Part shown: one piece after another, positions 43,032-55,487 of the stretch
Layout: every line of letters begins with the position of its first letter
How positions within the stretch are numbered: the stretch's first letter is position 1
From: Longimicrobiales bacterium
Lineage (GTDB): Bacteria > Gemmatimonadota > Gemmatimonadetes > Longimicrobiales > RSA9
DNA: 64,000 bases
Direction: 5' to 3'
NCBI GenBank assembly: GCA_041568755.1
Contig: JBFFZF010000001.1
Location: forward strand, 1,033-65,032
The notes under the pieces: generated by a model
Database searches by the model: none
Told to the model about the DNA's origin: nothing
The model's input: only the letters and a program-made list of their open reading frames with translations
Program-made: the position numbers and the translations under genes

Positions 43032-43839
43032 CAGTCGGAGCGCGCGTCCCTGGTGCGATTGAAGCGCGGGGCGCGCTTCTCCAGGAACGCGCCGATGCCC
43101 TCGCGGAAATCGGGAGAGCGGAAGGCGCGCAGCTGGGCCTCGACTTCCATCTCCAGGATGTCGGCAAGCGGCGCATGCATGGCGCGCCGCAGCGAGCGCT
43201 TGGCATCCGCGATGATGGCCGCCGGTCCTGCGGCGATCTGGCCGGCCACGCCGCGCGCCGCCGTCTCCAGCTCGGCGGCCGGCACGACGCGATTGAACAG
43301 ACCCAGCCGCTCCGCCCGCTCGGCGTTGATCATGCCGCCCGTGTAGACCGCCTCCGAGGCGACAGCCAGCCCGACGAGCCGGGGCAGGAAGAAGCTGCCG
43401 CCCCAGTCCGGGTGCAGGCCGACGCGCAGGAACGCGAAGCCGATGGAGGCCGTCTCGCTGGCGATGCGCAGGTCGCACGCCAGCGCCAGGCATGCGCCCG
43501 CGCCCGCGGCCGGACCGTTGACGGCCGCGACGACCGGCTTCTTCATCTCATCGATGACCGCAACGACACGCGCGCCGGTGCGGACGAGGGCCTCGAAAGC
43601 CGCAATGTCCTGCTGTTCGATCAGCTGGCTCATGACACCGATGTCGCCGCCCGTGGAGAACGCCCGGCCCACGCCGGTCACAATGACGCAGCGGACGTCG
43701 TCGTTGTCATCGAGCTGACGCAGGCCGTCCTCGATGCGGTTGCGCATGTCGCCAGAGAACGCGTTGAGCCGCTCCGGCCGGCTGATGCGGATCCAACCGG
43801 CCGGACCGTCGATCTCGACGCGGATCTCATCGCCTTTCT

Positions 43840-43843
<4 letters not shown>
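43031..43843 (-). CDS. enoyl-CoA hydratase/isomerase family protein
   Basis: Start at ATG 43843. 'ISRPERLNAF', 'AFSTGGDI' and 'VVAAVNGPAAGAGACLALACDLRIA'. Confidence 0.88.
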
Positions 43844-45039
<1,196 letters not shown>

Positions 45040-45147
45040 GAACCACCGCCTTCCCGACGCGATCCGTGCCGGTCATTCGTTGCCCCGGCCACCGGGGTCC
45101 GCGCCGGCCGGACACACGTTGTTCCGTTGAGATCGACCGTCGACCGC

Positions 45148-45969
45148 TCAGCGACCCTTGAACGACGCTTTCCGCTTCTCGACGTACGCCGCCAGCCCTT
45201 CCTTCGCGTCGCTGCTCTGGAACAGCAGCTGCTGGAGCTCGCGTTCGACCGCGAGCGCGTCCTGGTAGGGCAGTTCGGCGCCGGTCTGCACGGAGCGCTT
45301 GATGTTGCCGATCGCTTTGGCCGCCATGTTGGGCGGCGTGAAGCGCCGGGCGTATTCCATAACCTTGTCCAGGAACTCGTCTCGGCTCGCGGCCTCCCAG
45401 ACTTCGTTCACGATGCCGAGCTCGCGGGCTTCCTCGAAATCGAAGGTGCGGCCCGTGACCATGAGTTCGATCGCGCGCGTCTTGCCGACCAGCCGGGCAA
45501 GCCGCTGCGTGCCTCCCGTCCCGGGCAGCACACCCAGGTTGACTTCGGGCAGGCCGATCTTGCCCGCGCCGGCCCGGGCGATGCGCAGGTCGGCGGCCAT
45601 GGCGATCTCCAGCCCGCCGCCGACGGTGTGCCCGCTGAGCGCCGCGATCACGAGCTTGGGCGTCTGCTCGAACCGGTTCAGCGTCTCGTTGGCGTGGAGA
45701 CAGAAGTAATACTTGAACTGGGGCGTAACGGTGTTGAGCATCTGGATGTTGGCGCCGGCACAGAAGAACTTCTCGCCGGCCCCGACCAGCACGATGACGT
45801 ACACGTCATCGTCCATCCGGGCCCGGAGGATCGCGGAATCCAGGGCCTGCATCATCTCGTAGGTGTAGGTGTTCGCCGGCGGGTCGTCGAGCGTGAGGAT
45901 GGCGACGCCGTCCTGCATCTCGTACGACACGAGCGGCTTGGTCTGCTGCTCTTCCATGACTCTGGTCAT
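45148..45969 (-). CDS. enoyl-CoA hydratase/isomerase family protein
   Basis: The ATG at 45969 is preceded by GGAGG at 6 nt. 'FFCAGANI', 'VIAALSGHTVGGGLEIAMAADLRIA' and 'GLPEVNLGVLPGTGGTQRL'. Confidence 0.9.
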   Translation of the reverse strand: MTRVMEEQQTKPLVSYEMQDGVAILTLDDPPANTYTYEMMQALDSAILRARMDDDVYVIVLVGAGEKFFCAGANIQMLNTVTPQFKYYFCLHANETLNRFEQTPKLVIAALSGHTVGGGLEIAMAADLRIARAGAGKIGLPEVNLGVLPGTGGTQRLARLVGKTRAIELMVTGRTFDFEEARELGIVNEVWEAASRDEFLDKVMEYARRFTPPNMAAKAIGNIKRSVQTGAELPYQDALAVERELQQLLFQSSDAKEGLAAYVEKRKASFKGR

Positions 45970-46189
45970 CGGAGTCCTCCATGTGCGTTGCGGTGGTGCG
46001 GCTGGCAATCTGGACCGGGCCGCGGAACGGGTCAAGCGCGCTTGGCGCCGCCGCTTGCACAGCCGCCCGGGGCGCGCGTAGCTTCCTGTGTATCCTGCCT
46101 CGACCGGCCGTGCAGGCCGGGCCGGCCCGGGCGCGCGGTGGCGCCGCCCGGAACCGGAACCGGAACGACCCTGGCCGGTAGGATCTCAC

Positions 46190-47569
46190 ATGACAAAGAG
46201 CCTTCGAACAACTCTGCTGAGCGGCGCCGTCGTGCTGGGCGTCGCAGGCGTCATCGCCGGTGCGCGCGGCGCGCTGGTCTTCGGCCAGGAGCCCGCGTCC
46301 GCGCAGGCCGAGGTTTTCCGGATCCCCGTGCAGGGCGTCATCGAACGCGGACTGGCGCCGTTCGTCGCACGCAGCCTGCGCGAGGCGCACCGGGCCGGCG
46401 CCCGCGCAGCGATTCTGGACATCGAGACGCCGGGCGGCCGCGTCGACGCCGCGCAGTACATCGTAGACGCAATCAAGGACTCACCGGTTCCCGTTTACGC
46501 GTACATCAACCGCCGCGCTTTCTCCGCGGGCGCGCTCATCGCGCTGGCCACGCAGGAGATCTGGATGCGGCCGGGCAGCGTGATCGGGGCCGTGACGCCC
46601 GTGACCGGCGAGGGGCAGAAGGCGCCGGAGAAGATCGTCAGCGCCATGCGCAGCGAGATGCGCGCCCTGGCCGAGGACCGCGGTCTGGATCCGCGCATCG
46701 CCGAAGCGATGGTCGACGAGGATGTCGTCATCGAGGGCGTGGTCGAGCAGGGCAAGCTGCTCACGCTGACGACGGAAGAGGCGGTGGAACTGGGCTACGC
46801 GCAGGAAGTCGAGGACTGGGACGCGCTGCTCGGCCGGCTCGAGCTGGAGGGCGCCGCCGTGCAGGACACGCGCGTCAACTGGGCCGAGTCGATCGTCCGC
46901 TTCCTCACGCACCCCGCGGTCGCACCGCTGCTCCTGTCGATCGGGATGCTGGGCGTGATCATAGAGATCAAGACGCCCGCGTTCGGGCTGGCGGGGCTGA
47001 CCGGCATGGGTGCGCTGGCCCTCTTCTTCGGCGGACACTGGCTCGTGGGTCTGGCCGGGCTGGAGGAGCTGCTGCTCCTCGCGGCCGGGCTCGGTCTGCT
47101 GGCGGTCGAGGCCTTCGTCCTGCCGGGATTCGGCATCGCCGGGATCGCCGGCCTCGTGGCCGTCGGTTCGAGTTTCTACCTGAGCATGGTGTCGAGTCTG
47201 TCCACCGTCGCCGACCTCAACCTGGCGGCCGGCGTGCTTGCCCTCGCCGGGATCGTCGTCGTCGTGGCCGGCTGGGCCCTCATCCGGGCCATCCCCGGGA
47301 GCGGACGATTCGCCCGCTCCGGCCTGCTGCTCCAGGACGCAACGGCCACGGAGGACGGCTACCGGTCCAGCGTGGCCCGGGCCGAGCTGATGGGCGCGGT
47401 GGGTGAAGCCGTGACCGATCTGCGTCCGTCCGGGACCGTGCAAGTGGGCGAGGACCTCATCGACGTCGTGGCCGAGTCGAGCTTCATCAGCGCGGGGACC
47501 TCCGTCCGCGTGCTGCGCTACGATGGCGCGAGCTACGTCGTGCGGGCGGTCCAGCCCGCCAGCGAGTAG
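46190..47569 (+). CDS. NfeD-family membrane-bound ClpP-class serine protease
   Basis: Start at ATG 46190. Signal/TM segment, 'ILDIETPGGRVDAA' and 'AFSAGALIALA' (ClpP-like), a central TM block, and a C-terminal OB-like NfeD domain. Confidence 0.85.
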   Translation: MTKSLRTTLLSGAVVLGVAGVIAGARGALVFGQEPASAQAEVFRIPVQGVIERGLAPFVARSLREAHRAGARAAILDIETPGGRVDAAQYIVDAIKDSPVPVYAYINRRAFSAGALIALATQEIWMRPGSVIGAVTPVTGEGQKAPEKIVSAMRSEMRALAEDRGLDPRIAEAMVDEDVVIEGVVEQGKLLTLTTEEAVELGYAQEVEDWDALLGRLELEGAAVQDTRVNWAESIVRFLTHPAVAPLLLSIGMLGVIIEIKTPAFGLAGLTGMGALALFFGGHWLVGLAGLEELLLLAAGLGLLAVEAFVLPGFGIAGIAGLVAVGSSFYLSMVSSLSTVADLNLAAGVLALAGIVVVVAGWALIRAIPGSGRFARSGLLLQDATATEDGYRSSVARAELMGAVGEAVTDLRPSGTVQVGEDLIDVVAESSFISAGTSVRVLRYDGASYVVRAVQPASE

Positions 47570-47602
47570 TCGTTCGCGCCTCACCTCAACGAGAACACCG
47601 AT

Positions 47603-48589
47603 ATGACCGAGTTCACGCTTCTTCCCGTTTTCGTGCTGGTCGCGTTCATCTTCGGGCTCATGATCCTCAACTGGGCGATTCCGGTCCGGCTGTGGATCGA
47701 GGCGGTGTTCGCCGGTGTGAAGGTGAGCATCCCCGAACTCATCGGCATGCGCCTGCGCAAGGTCAACCCCGCGGGCGTCGTCCGGCCCCTCATCGCCGCC
47801 ACCAAGGCCGGGCTCAACCTCAACACGCGGCAGCTCGAGGCGCATTACCTGGCCGGCGGACACGTCGACCGCGTCGTGACGGCGCTGATCAGCGCCGACA
47901 AGGCAACGCTCGGGCTGGGCTTCGAGCAGGCCGCCGCCATCGACCTGGCCGGCCGTGACGTGCTCGAGGCCGTCAAGGTGTCGGTGAATCCCAAAGTCAT
48001 CGATACACCGCGCGTGGCCGCCATGGCGAAGGATGGGATCCAGCTGATCGCGATCGCGCGCGTCACGATCCGCGCCAACATCAACCGGCTGGTGGGTGGC
48101 GCGGGCGAGGACACGATCCTGGCCCGCGTGGGCGAGGGCATCGTTTCCACGATCGGTTCGTCCGCTTCGCACAAAGCCGTGCTGGAGAATCCCGACAACA
48201 TCTCGAAGACGGTACTGGCCAAGGGACTCGATGCGGGAACGGCGTTCGAGATCCTCTCCATCGACATCGCGGACGTGGATGTCGGCAAGAACATCGGCGC
48301 CGAACTGCAGACGGATCAGGCCGAGGCCGACAAGCGGATCGCGCAGGCCAAGGCCGAGGAGCGGCGCGCCATGGCCATCGCGGCCGAGCAGGAGATGCGC
48401 GCGAAAGTGCAGGAGATGCGGGCCCACGTCGTCGAGGCCGAGGCGCAGGTGCCGCTGGCGATGGCGGAGGCCTTCCGCACGGGCAACCTGGGCATAATGG
48501 ACTACGCCCGCTATCGCAATGTCACGGCCGACACCGACATGCGGCGCGCGATCGCGGGTCCGGACGACGGCCGGCGCGGAGAGCAGTAG
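47603..48589 (+). CDS. floA: flotillin-like protein FloA (UPF0365/YqfA family)
   Basis: '[32 protein letters not shown]' and '[22 protein letters not shown]' are typical FloA sequences. Confidence 0.9.
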   Translation: MTEFTLLPVFVLVAFIFGLMILNWAIPVRLWIEAVFAGVKVSIPELIGMRLRKVNPAGVVRPLIAATKAGLNLNTRQLEAHYLAGGHVDRVVTALISADKATLGLGFEQAAAIDLAGRDVLEAVKVSVNPKVIDTPRVAAMAKDGIQLIAIARVTIRANINRLVGGAGEDTILARVGEGIVSTIGSSASHKAVLENPDNISKTVLAKGLDAGTAFEILSIDIADVDVGKNIGAELQTDQAEADKRIAQAKAEERRAMAIAAEQEMRAKVQEMRAHVVEAEAQVPLAMAEAFRTGNLGIMDYARYRNVTADTDMRRAIAGPDDGRRGEQ

Positions 48590-49273
48590 ATGGAAGACCT
48601 CTTCTGGGTGATCGTCATCATCTTTTTCGTGGTGGGGCCGGTCATCGAGAAGGTGCTGAAGGGCGGGCGCGGCGCGCAGCCGCCCGCGCGCGGTCGCGCG
48701 CAGCGCCAGCCGCCGCAGCGTCGCATGCCCGCACAACGTCCTGCGGATCGCGATGGCATCACGCGAGCCGGGTCCCGGCGCCCGGAAACGCCCGCGCGGC
48801 CCAGGCGCGTCGAGCCGTCATCGAGCGGCGCGCAGGACCTGCTGCCCGCCGAGTTGTGGGAGGTGCTGACCGGCCAGCGGCCGATGCCGCGGCCACCGGA
48901 ACCGGTCGAGGCGCCGGAGTTCGAAGTCGAAGAGGCTCGCCCCGAAATCCCGCCCGCCCGGGTTCCGGCGCGCAGCGAAGACGCGGAGGCCGGCGATCTG
49001 ATGCGCCGCCGCCAGCGCGAGCGCATGGCGGCCCGTTGGGTCGAACACAAACCGCCCGCCGTCGTGTCGATGGAGTCCGAGCCGCTGGAGGCGGAGGCGA
49101 GGCACGAGGCGTTCCACAGGAAGATCGACGCTTCCGCAGCCGCCGCGCAGCCTGCCGTTCCGGCCGCGGTCGCGTCGGCCATCGCACCGCTGCTGCGCAA
49201 CGCCGGCCGTGACGAGATCCGCCGGGCCATCCTGATGCAGGAAGTACTGGGCCGGCCGCGGGGACTGGAGTAG
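48590..49273 (+). CDS. hypothetical membrane-anchored Arg/Pro-rich protein (227 aa)
   Basis: The ATG abuts the floA stop. N-terminal TM 'LFWVIVIIFFVVGPVI' is followed by low-complexity R/P/A-rich sequence and a conserved-looking tail, 'EIRRAILMQEVLGRP'. Confidence 0.55.
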   Translation: MEDLFWVIVIIFFVVGPVIEKVLKGGRGAQPPARGRAQRQPPQRRMPAQRPADRDGITRAGSRRPETPARPRRVEPSSSGAQDLLPAELWEVLTGQRPMPRPPEPVEAPEFEVEEARPEIPPARVPARSEDAEAGDLMRRRQRERMAARWVEHKPPAVVSMESEPLEAEARHEAFHRKIDASAAAAQPAVPAAVASAIAPLLRNAGRDEIRRAILMQEVLGRPRGLE

Positions 49274-49305
49274 CCCGGCGCCCCCCGTTAGCTTTCCGCC
49301 CGCCC

Positions 49306-49388
49306 GCCCGGGTGGCGAAATGGCAAACGCAGCGGACTCAAAATCCGCCGGGGGCAACCCCTTGAGAGTTCGAGTCTCTCCCCGGGCA
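49306..49388 (+). tRNA. tRNA-Leu (anticodon CAA), type II with a long variable arm; CCA not encoded
   Basis: Acceptor GCCCGGG pairs with CCCGGGC. Anticodon arm GCGGA-CTCAAAA-TCCGC. T arm GAGAG-TTCGAGT-CTCTC. Discriminator A at 49388. Confidence 0.93.
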
Positions 49389-49463
49389 TGCGTTTCATCC
49401 CGCCGCCTGCATCGGTCCCGCCACGACAGCCCGTCCACCGTTTCTCGAAGCTGAACGCAGCGC

Positions 49464-50603
49464 TCATGATGGCTCCGGGAGGTCCTGGAGCGGCCGCGGG
49501 GGCAGCGCATCGCGCACTTCGTCGAACACCCGCTCGTACGCCTCCACCATGCCGGCCAGCGAGAAGTCGCGCACCGCGCGCTGGCGCGCGCCGGCCGCCA
49601 GGCGGCGTCGTTCACCGGCGTCGTCCCGCAAACGACGGATGGCGCCGGCCACCTCGCGCGCGTCGCCGGGCGTGACCAGCAGCCCGTGCACGCCATCCCC
49701 GATCTGCTCCGGGTGACTGGACGCGCGCGATGCGATGACGGGGAGACCGCACGCCATGGCTTCGATCACGGCGTTGGAAAAGCCCTCTGCCGAGGACAGG
49801 TGCACGCCGGCATCGGCGGCCGCGAGGACGTCGGCGATGTCGGATCGCGTGCCGGTGAAGCGCGCCTCGATGCCGCGCGCGGCGGCCGTCTCGCGCAATG
49901 CCGCCTGCGCCGGCCCATCGCCCACGATCAGCGCGTGCACGCCGGCCTCGCTTCCCAGTTCGGCCAGCGCCTCCAGCAGGACATCCACGTTCTTGCGGGG
50001 CTGCAGGATCCCGTGGTAACAGACGACGAAGGCATCCCGGGGCAGGTGGAACTCCGCACGCATCCGGTCGCGCACTTCGGGCAGCGGCCGGAACTCATCC
50101 GGGTCCTTGCCGTTGTGGATCACGCGGATGCCGACGGCCTCGAGCCAAGGCGTCGTGCGCAGGAGGCCAGCCTGCATGGCCCTGGAATTGACGACCACGC
50201 GCTGGACCCGCTGCCACAGGATCCGGTACGTGACGCTGTTACGCAGCACGCTGGGCGCGCCGTGCCGGTGGATGATGGGCAACCGCCGGCCGTGCGGCGT
50301 GAGCGCGCGCGCCGCGACGCTGAACTTGATGTCCTTGCGCCGGTCTGCGAGGAGCACGTCGGGTCGAACCCTGTGGATGACGCCCGCGAGCTGGACGGCG
50401 CGCACCAGATTCAACTCGGCGCCCAGCCCGAGTGGTCTGATCTGCACGAGCGGATCGGCCTGTAGCCTGTGCTCGAGTGCGCCGCCCGGCCGGACCACGA
50501 CGGTCATGTCGTGCCCGCGCTCGGCCAGCCCGCCGGCGAGTTCCCGCGCGGCGGTGACCCCGCCGCCGAGCGGGCGCGCCGAGTTGACGAAGAGGATGCG
50601 CAT
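49464..50603 (-). CDS. glycosyltransferase family 4 (GT-B, GT1 clan)
   Basis: 'MRILFVNSARPLGGG' at the N-terminus, 'SSAEGFSNAVIEAMACGLPVIASR' as the EX7E region; 379 aa. Confidence 0.85.
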   Translation of the reverse strand: MRILFVNSARPLGGGVTAARELAGGLAERGHDMTVVVRPGGALEHRLQADPLVQIRPLGLGAELNLVRAVQLAGVIHRVRPDVLLADRRKDIKFSVAARALTPHGRRLPIIHRHGAPSVLRNSVTYRILWQRVQRVVVNSRAMQAGLLRTTPWLEAVGIRVIHNGKDPDEFRPLPEVRDRMRAEFHLPRDAFVVCYHGILQPRKNVDVLLEALAELGSEAGVHALIVGDGPAQAALRETAAARGIEARFTGTRSDIADVLAAADAGVHLSSAEGFSNAVIEAMACGLPVIASRASSHPEQIGDGVHGLLVTPGDAREVAGAIRRLRDDAGERRRLAAGARQRAVRDFSLAGMVEAYERVFDEVRDALPPRPLQDLPEPS

Positions 50604-50715
50604 GCGCTCAGGCGCGGCGCCTGACGGGCGCGTCGTGCATTGATCCCGGGGGCAGGGACCCGTTACATTTGAAGTTTGCCAAAATCATTGTACTCAAAGG
50701 CTTTCGGGGTCGTCC

Positions 50716-52515
50716 GTGCGACTGGAACACATACGCAACTTCTGCATCGTCGCCCACATCGACCACGGGAAATCCACGCTCGCCGACCGGCTGCTCGAGG
50801 CGACCGGCACGCTCACGCACCGTGAGATGGACACGCAGGTCCTCGACAGCCTGGACCTGGAACGCGAGCGCGGGATCACGATCAAGCTGCATGCCGTACG
50901 CATGCGTCACACGGCGGCCGACGGCCAGGTCTACCAGCTCAACCTGATCGATACGCCCGGCCACGTCGACTTCACCTACGAAGTGTCGCGCTCGCTGCAG
51001 GCCTGCGAGGGCGCCATCCTCGTCGTGGATGCCACGCAGGGCGTCCAGGCGCAGACCCTGTCCAACCTGTTCCTGGCCCTCGACGCAGGGCTGGAGATCG
51101 TGCCCGTCCTCAACAAGATCGACCTGCCCAGCGCGGAGCCCGAGCGGCGCAAGGCCGAGCTGGTCGATCTGCTGGGTGTCGACGCGGACAATATCCTGGT
51201 CGTTTCTGCGAAGGAAGGGCTCGGCGTCGACGCGCTGCTCGACGCGATCGTGGCGCGGGTCCCGTGCCCACGGGGCGATCCGGATGCTCCGCTGCGGGCG
51301 CTGATCTTCGATTCGTACTACGACCGGTACCAGGGCGGCGTGCCGATGGTACGGGTCGTGGACGGGCGGGTACGTCCGGGCATGCGCATCACGTTCGGCG
51401 CGACGGAGAGCGTGTATCCGGTCGACGAAGTCGGTTACATGCGGCTGGGCCGGTTCGCCCAGCCCGAGCTGGGCCCCGGCGAGGTGGGCTACATCCTTGC
51501 CGGGATCAAGCGCGTGGCGGACACGCGCGTCGGCGATACGCTGCTCGACGCGGACAACCGGGCCGCAGAGCTGTTGCCCGGATATCGCGAGATCAAGCCG
51601 ATGGTGTTCAGCGGGCTGTACCCCTCGAACTCCGAGGACTACGAGCAGCTCCGTGACGCGCTCGAGAAGCTGAAGCTGAACGACGCCAGCCTGTTCTACG
51701 AGCCGGAGACCTCGACCGCGCTGGGTTTCGGGTTCCGCTGCGGTTTTCTCGGGCTGCTGCACATGGAGATCGTGCAGGAGCGACTGGAGCGCGAGTTCGA
51801 CGTCGATCTCGTGACCACGGTGCCCAACGTCGAGTACCACGTCGTTCTGACGGATGGCAGCGCACGCGACATCGAGAACCCCAGCCTCATGCCGGACCGA
51901 TCCAGCATCGACCGCATCGAGGAACCGTACGTTCGCGCGCGTATCGTCTGTCCCGCAGAATACATCGGCAACGTGCAGAAGCTGTGCCATGAGCGGCGCG
52001 GTGAGTTCCGTGAGATGCACTACCTGGATCCGGCGCGCGTCGAGTTCGTCTACGAACTGCCGCTGGCCGAGATCGTGCTCGATTTCTACGATCGCCTGAA
52101 GGGGTCTACACGGGGCTACGCCAGTCTCGACTGGGAGATGCTGGAGTACCGGCCCAACGAGCTCGTCCGGCTGGACATGCTCGTCAACGGCGATCCGGTC
52201 GATGCCTTCAGCGTGATCATCCACCGCGACAAGGCCTACGACTACGGGCGGGCCATGGCAGCGAAGTTGCGTCAGCTCATACCCAGGCAGCTCTTCGAGG
52301 TCGCCATCCAGGCCTCGATTTCCGGCCGGATCATCGCGCGCGAGTCGATCAAGGCCCTGCGCAAGAATGTGACGGCCAAGTGCTACGGCGGAGACATCAC
52401 ACGCAAGCGCAAGCTGCTCGAGAAACAGCGTGAAGGGAAGCGGCGTATGAAACAGGTCGGCACCGTCGAGATCCCGCAGGAAGCGTTTCTCGCCGTGCTC
52501 CAGGTCGGGGATTGA
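50716..52515 (+). CDS. lepA: elongation factor 4
   Basis: '[23 protein letters not shown]', '[10 protein letters not shown]' and a C-terminal '[24 protein letters not shown]'. GTG start. Confidence 0.97.
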   Translation: MRLEHIRNFCIVAHIDHGKSTLADRLLEATGTLTHREMDTQVLDSLDLERERGITIKLHAVRMRHTAADGQVYQLNLIDTPGHVDFTYEVSRSLQACEGAILVVDATQGVQAQTLSNLFLALDAGLEIVPVLNKIDLPSAEPERRKAELVDLLGVDADNILVVSAKEGLGVDALLDAIVARVPCPRGDPDAPLRALIFDSYYDRYQGGVPMVRVVDGRVRPGMRITFGATESVYPVDEVGYMRLGRFAQPELGPGEVGYILAGIKRVADTRVGDTLLDADNRAAELLPGYREIKPMVFSGLYPSNSEDYEQLRDALEKLKLNDASLFYEPETSTALGFGFRCGFLGLLHMEIVQERLEREFDVDLVTTVPNVEYHVVLTDGSARDIENPSLMPDRSSIDRIEEPYVRARIVCPAEYIGNVQKLCHERRGEFREMHYLDPARVEFVYELPLAEIVLDFYDRLKGSTRGYASLDWEMLEYRPNELVRLDMLVNGDPVDAFSVIIHRDKAYDYGRAMAAKLRQLIPRQLFEVAIQASISGRIIARESIKALRKNVTAKCYGGDITRKRKLLEKQREGKRRMKQVGTVEIPQEAFLAVLQVGD

Positions 52516-53501
52516 GCGGCGGGCTCATCCTGCGAACGCCGAGCCATCTCGGCGATCTCGTCATGTCCCTGCCCGCTCTGATCGCCGCCCGGCCGGACGC
52601 GGTCGTCGTTCCGCACCACCTGGCCGACCTGGTACCGCTGGCCGGCGTGACGGGCAAGGTGATCCCGCTGCAACCCGGGACGCGGGGGCTGCGCGCGGCG
52701 AGACCCGTGATCCGGCGCGGCCGCTACGAGCGCGGCGTTCTGCTGGCACCGTCGTTCTCCAGTGCACTCCTCTTCCGGACCGCTCGCGTACGCAGCATCC
52801 GCGGGGCGGACTCGGACCGGCGCGCGTTTCTCCTGCACGACATCGTACGGCGGGACGGCCTCGCGGGCCTGCACCGTGCAGAGCAGTACATGGTTCTGGC
52901 GACGGGCGAGCGACCGGCCGTCCCGCCGCAGCCGCGTGTGCAGTTGCCGGAGCCGCTGCTGCACCGGTGGCGTCGGCTCTTCGAGGCGAGGGACGCTCGC
53001 GTCGCAGGCATCTTCCCCGGGACGCGCGCGCCGGCCCGGCGCTGGGAGCCGCTGCGTTTTGCCTCCGTCGTCCGCCGCCTGGCCGCGCAGGGCACCCGTG
53101 TGATCGTCTTCGGCGATCCGTCGGAGACGGAACTGACCCGCGCCGTCGCCGGCGAATGGGGCTTCGATGCGGGCGGCCGCACCGACATCGCACTGCTGGC
53201 GGCCGGGCTGCACACGTGCCACATTCTCGTGTCGAATGACACGGGGCCGATGCACCTCGCGGCAGCGGTCGGGACGCCCACGGTTTCGCTGTGGGGCGCA
53301 GGCGATCCGGGCGTCACCGGGCTGACCGGACCGGAGCACACGATCATCCGGCGCACCGATCTGCCCTGCGTGCCCTGCGTGCGCAACGAGTGTCCGCGCC
53401 AGGGCCCGGGGACGGTCCTTCCCGAGGCCCACCGCGAGTGCATGAACCTGATCGAGGTCGAGGATGTGATGCGTGCGATTGACGCGAGCATGAACCGATG
53501 A
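52512..53501 (+). CDS. glycosyltransferase family 9 (heptosyltransferase-like)
   Basis: '[16 protein letters not shown]' and '[24 protein letters not shown]'. The TTG start overlaps the lepA stop. Confidence 0.8.
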   Translation: MSGGLILRTPSHLGDLVMSLPALIAARPDAVVVPHHLADLVPLAGVTGKVIPLQPGTRGLRAARPVIRRGRYERGVLLAPSFSSALLFRTARVRSIRGADSDRRAFLLHDIVRRDGLAGLHRAEQYMVLATGERPAVPPQPRVQLPEPLLHRWRRLFEARDARVAGIFPGTRAPARRWEPLRFASVVRRLAAQGTRVIVFGDPSETELTRAVAGEWGFDAGGRTDIALLAAGLHTCHILVSNDTGPMHLAAAVGTPTVSLWGAGDPGVTGLTGPEHTIIRRTDLPCVPCVRNECPRQGPGTVLPEAHRECMNLIEVEDVMRAIDASMNR

Positions 53502-54508
53502 CGGCCGCGTCCGCCGACAGGCGCTGGATCATCGGCGTCGACCTGGGCGGCACCAACATCGTCGTAGGCGTGCTGCCCATGGATGGCGGCAACGGCGACG
53601 TCATCGCCCGGCGCACGGTCGCCACGGAAGCGCAGCGTGGCGCGAAGTACGTGGTGGACAGGATCGTCGGGCTCATCGGCGAGGCGCAGGAGGAGGTCGT
53701 GTCGCGGTTCGGCGGGACGGACGCCGATTTCGCCGGCATCGGCATCGGCTCGCCGGGTCCGCTCAATCGCAGCACCGGCACGGTCATCAATACGCCCAAC
53801 CTGGGCTGGCGCAATTTCCCGCTGCGCGACCTGATCTCGCGCGCCATCGGACTGCCGGCCACGCTGGACAACGATGCGAACTGCGCGACGTACGGCGAGT
53901 GGTGGCTGGGCGCGGGCCGCAACGTGAATACCCTGATCGGGCTGACGCTCGGGACCGGGATCGGCGGCGGGATCGTGCTGAACGGCGAGATCTTCCACGG
54001 CGTCAGCGACGCGGCCGGCGAGATCGGCCACATGACCATCGATTCGACGGGCCGGCGCTGCAAATGCGGCAACTACGGCTGCCTCGAGGCGTACGCCTCC
54101 GGCCCGGCCATCGCGCAGCGCACGATCGAGGGGATCGAGACCGGCGCGCAATCGCTGCTGCCGGGCCTCGTCGACGGCAAACTGGAGAACATCACGGCCG
54201 CCACCGTCTACGAGGCGGTCGTGCTGGGCGATCCCTACGCCAATGAAGTGATGCGGGAGACGGCCAAATTTCTGGGTGCCGGCGTCGCCAACCTGATCAA
54301 CATCCTGAATCCGGACATGATCGTGATCGCGGGCGGCGTCACGCGGGCGGGCGAGCACCTGTTCGTGCCCCTGCGTGCGGAAGTGCGCCGGCGCGCGTTC
54401 CGCGTTGCCGAGGAAGCCTGCCAGATCGTATCCGGTCAGCTCACGGGCACGGCCGGCCTCATCGGCGCGGTGGCCGTGTTCAAGAAAGAGACGTACGGTA
54501 CGGTCTGA
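53498..54508 (+). CDS. ROK-family sugar kinase (glucokinase-like)
   Basis: 'IGVDLGGTNIVVGV', 'LDNDANCATYGEWWLGAG' and 'CKCGNYGCLEAYASG' (Zn motif). Confidence 0.9.
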   Translation: MTAASADRRWIIGVDLGGTNIVVGVLPMDGGNGDVIARRTVATEAQRGAKYVVDRIVGLIGEAQEEVVSRFGGTDADFAGIGIGSPGPLNRSTGTVINTPNLGWRNFPLRDLISRAIGLPATLDNDANCATYGEWWLGAGRNVNTLIGLTLGTGIGGGIVLNGEIFHGVSDAAGEIGHMTIDSTGRRCKCGNYGCLEAYASGPAIAQRTIEGIETGAQSLLPGLVDGKLENITAATVYEAVVLGDPYANEVMRETAKFLGAGVANLINILNPDMIVIAGGVTRAGEHLFVPLRAEVRRRAFRVAEEACQIVSGQLTGTAGLIGAVAVFKKETYGTV

Positions 54509-54515
54509 GGCGGGG

Positions 54516-55487
54516 ATGCGGCTGGGTGTGATCGGGACGATGGTCTGGGACCGGATCGAGGCGCGTGACGCGGGCGCGCCCGTCATCGAGGAGTGGGGCG
54601 GCATCGCCTACGCGCTCGCCGCCGCTGCCGCGGCGCGACCGGACGGCTGGGACATCGTGCCCATCATGAAGGTCGGGAACGACCTGGCCGAGCAGGCCGT
54701 GCTTTTCTGCGCCGGTCTGCCCGGGCTGGATGTCGGGACCGGGATCCGCCGCGTCGCGGAGCGCAACAACCGGGTCGAGCTCCGCTACCGCGATCTGGAG
54801 CGCCGCTGTGAACGGATGTCGGGCGGCGTACCCCCGTGGACGTGGCCGGAACTCGAGCCCATCGTCCGCGGGACGGACGCGCTCTACATCAACTTCATTT
54901 CGGGGTTCGAGCTGGACCTGGAAACGGCCACGGCCCTGCGCGCGGCATATGACGGGCCCATCTACTGCGATCTGCACTCGATCTTCCTCGGCATCGAGGC
55001 GTCCGGACTGCGCACGCCGCGCGCACTGCCGGCGTGGGCCGACTGGCTGCGCTGCTTCGACTTCGTCCAGATGAACGAGGAGGAACTCACGCTGCTGTCT
55101 TCGTCCTGGCCGGATCCGTGGCGCTTCGCCGCGAACGTGGTCGGTCCGGACCTGCGCGCCCTGCTCGTGACGCTCGGGTCGCGCGGCGCCTGTTACGTCG
55201 CGGCCAGCGGGGTCGCGCCGTCGCCGCTCGACCTGCGCGAGCGGAGCGCACACATCGTTTCACCCGGGGGCGTGACCTCACGCAAGCTCAGCGCAGCCGC
55301 CGGCCCGCAGACGGGCGACCCGACCGGCTGCGGGGATGTGTTCGGCGCGACGTGCTTCTGTGCGCTGCTCGCGGGCGCATCGCTCGATGACGCGCTGCAG
55401 CGCGCGCTCGACGCGGCGGCCATCAACGTGCTGCACCGCGGCGCCACCGGGCTCCATGACCGGCTGCGCGGGTCTCCGCTGTCATGA
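54516..55487 (+). CDS. PfkB-family carbohydrate kinase
   Basis: Track ORF trimmed to ATG 54516. 'DPTGCGDVFGA' is the PfkB signature 2. The substrate is unknown. Confidence 0.75.
   Translation: MRLGVIGTMVWDRIEARDAGAPVIEEWGGIAYALAAAAAARPDGWDIVPIMKVGNDLAEQAVLFCAGLPGLDVGTGIRRVAERNNRVELRYRDLERRCERMSGGVPPWTWPELEPIVRGTDALYINFISGFELDLETATALRAAYDGPIYCDLHSIFLGIEASGLRTPRALPAWADWLRCFDFVQMNEEELTLLSSSWPDPWRFAANVVGPDLRALLVTLGSRGACYVAASGVAPSPLDLRERSAHIVSPGGVTSRKLSAAAGPQTGDPTGCGDVFGATCFCALLAGASLDDALQRALDAAAINVLHRGATGLHDRLRGSPLS

Noticed and set aside
46149-46166. The CGGAAC x3 hexamer tandem in the nfeD upstream region, and the G-run GGGTTGGGGGTGGGGG at 36048-36063.
   Set aside because: These are short, single occurrences in GC-rich intergenic DNA, compatible with chance or simple slippage. 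No partner sites or associated features were seen.
49306-49463. tRNA-Leu as an integration hotspot with an adjacent island.
   Set aside because: Both flanks have native GC and ordinary genes (a floA-operon gene upstream, a GT4 gene downstream). I noticed no integrase and no duplicated tRNA 3' end.
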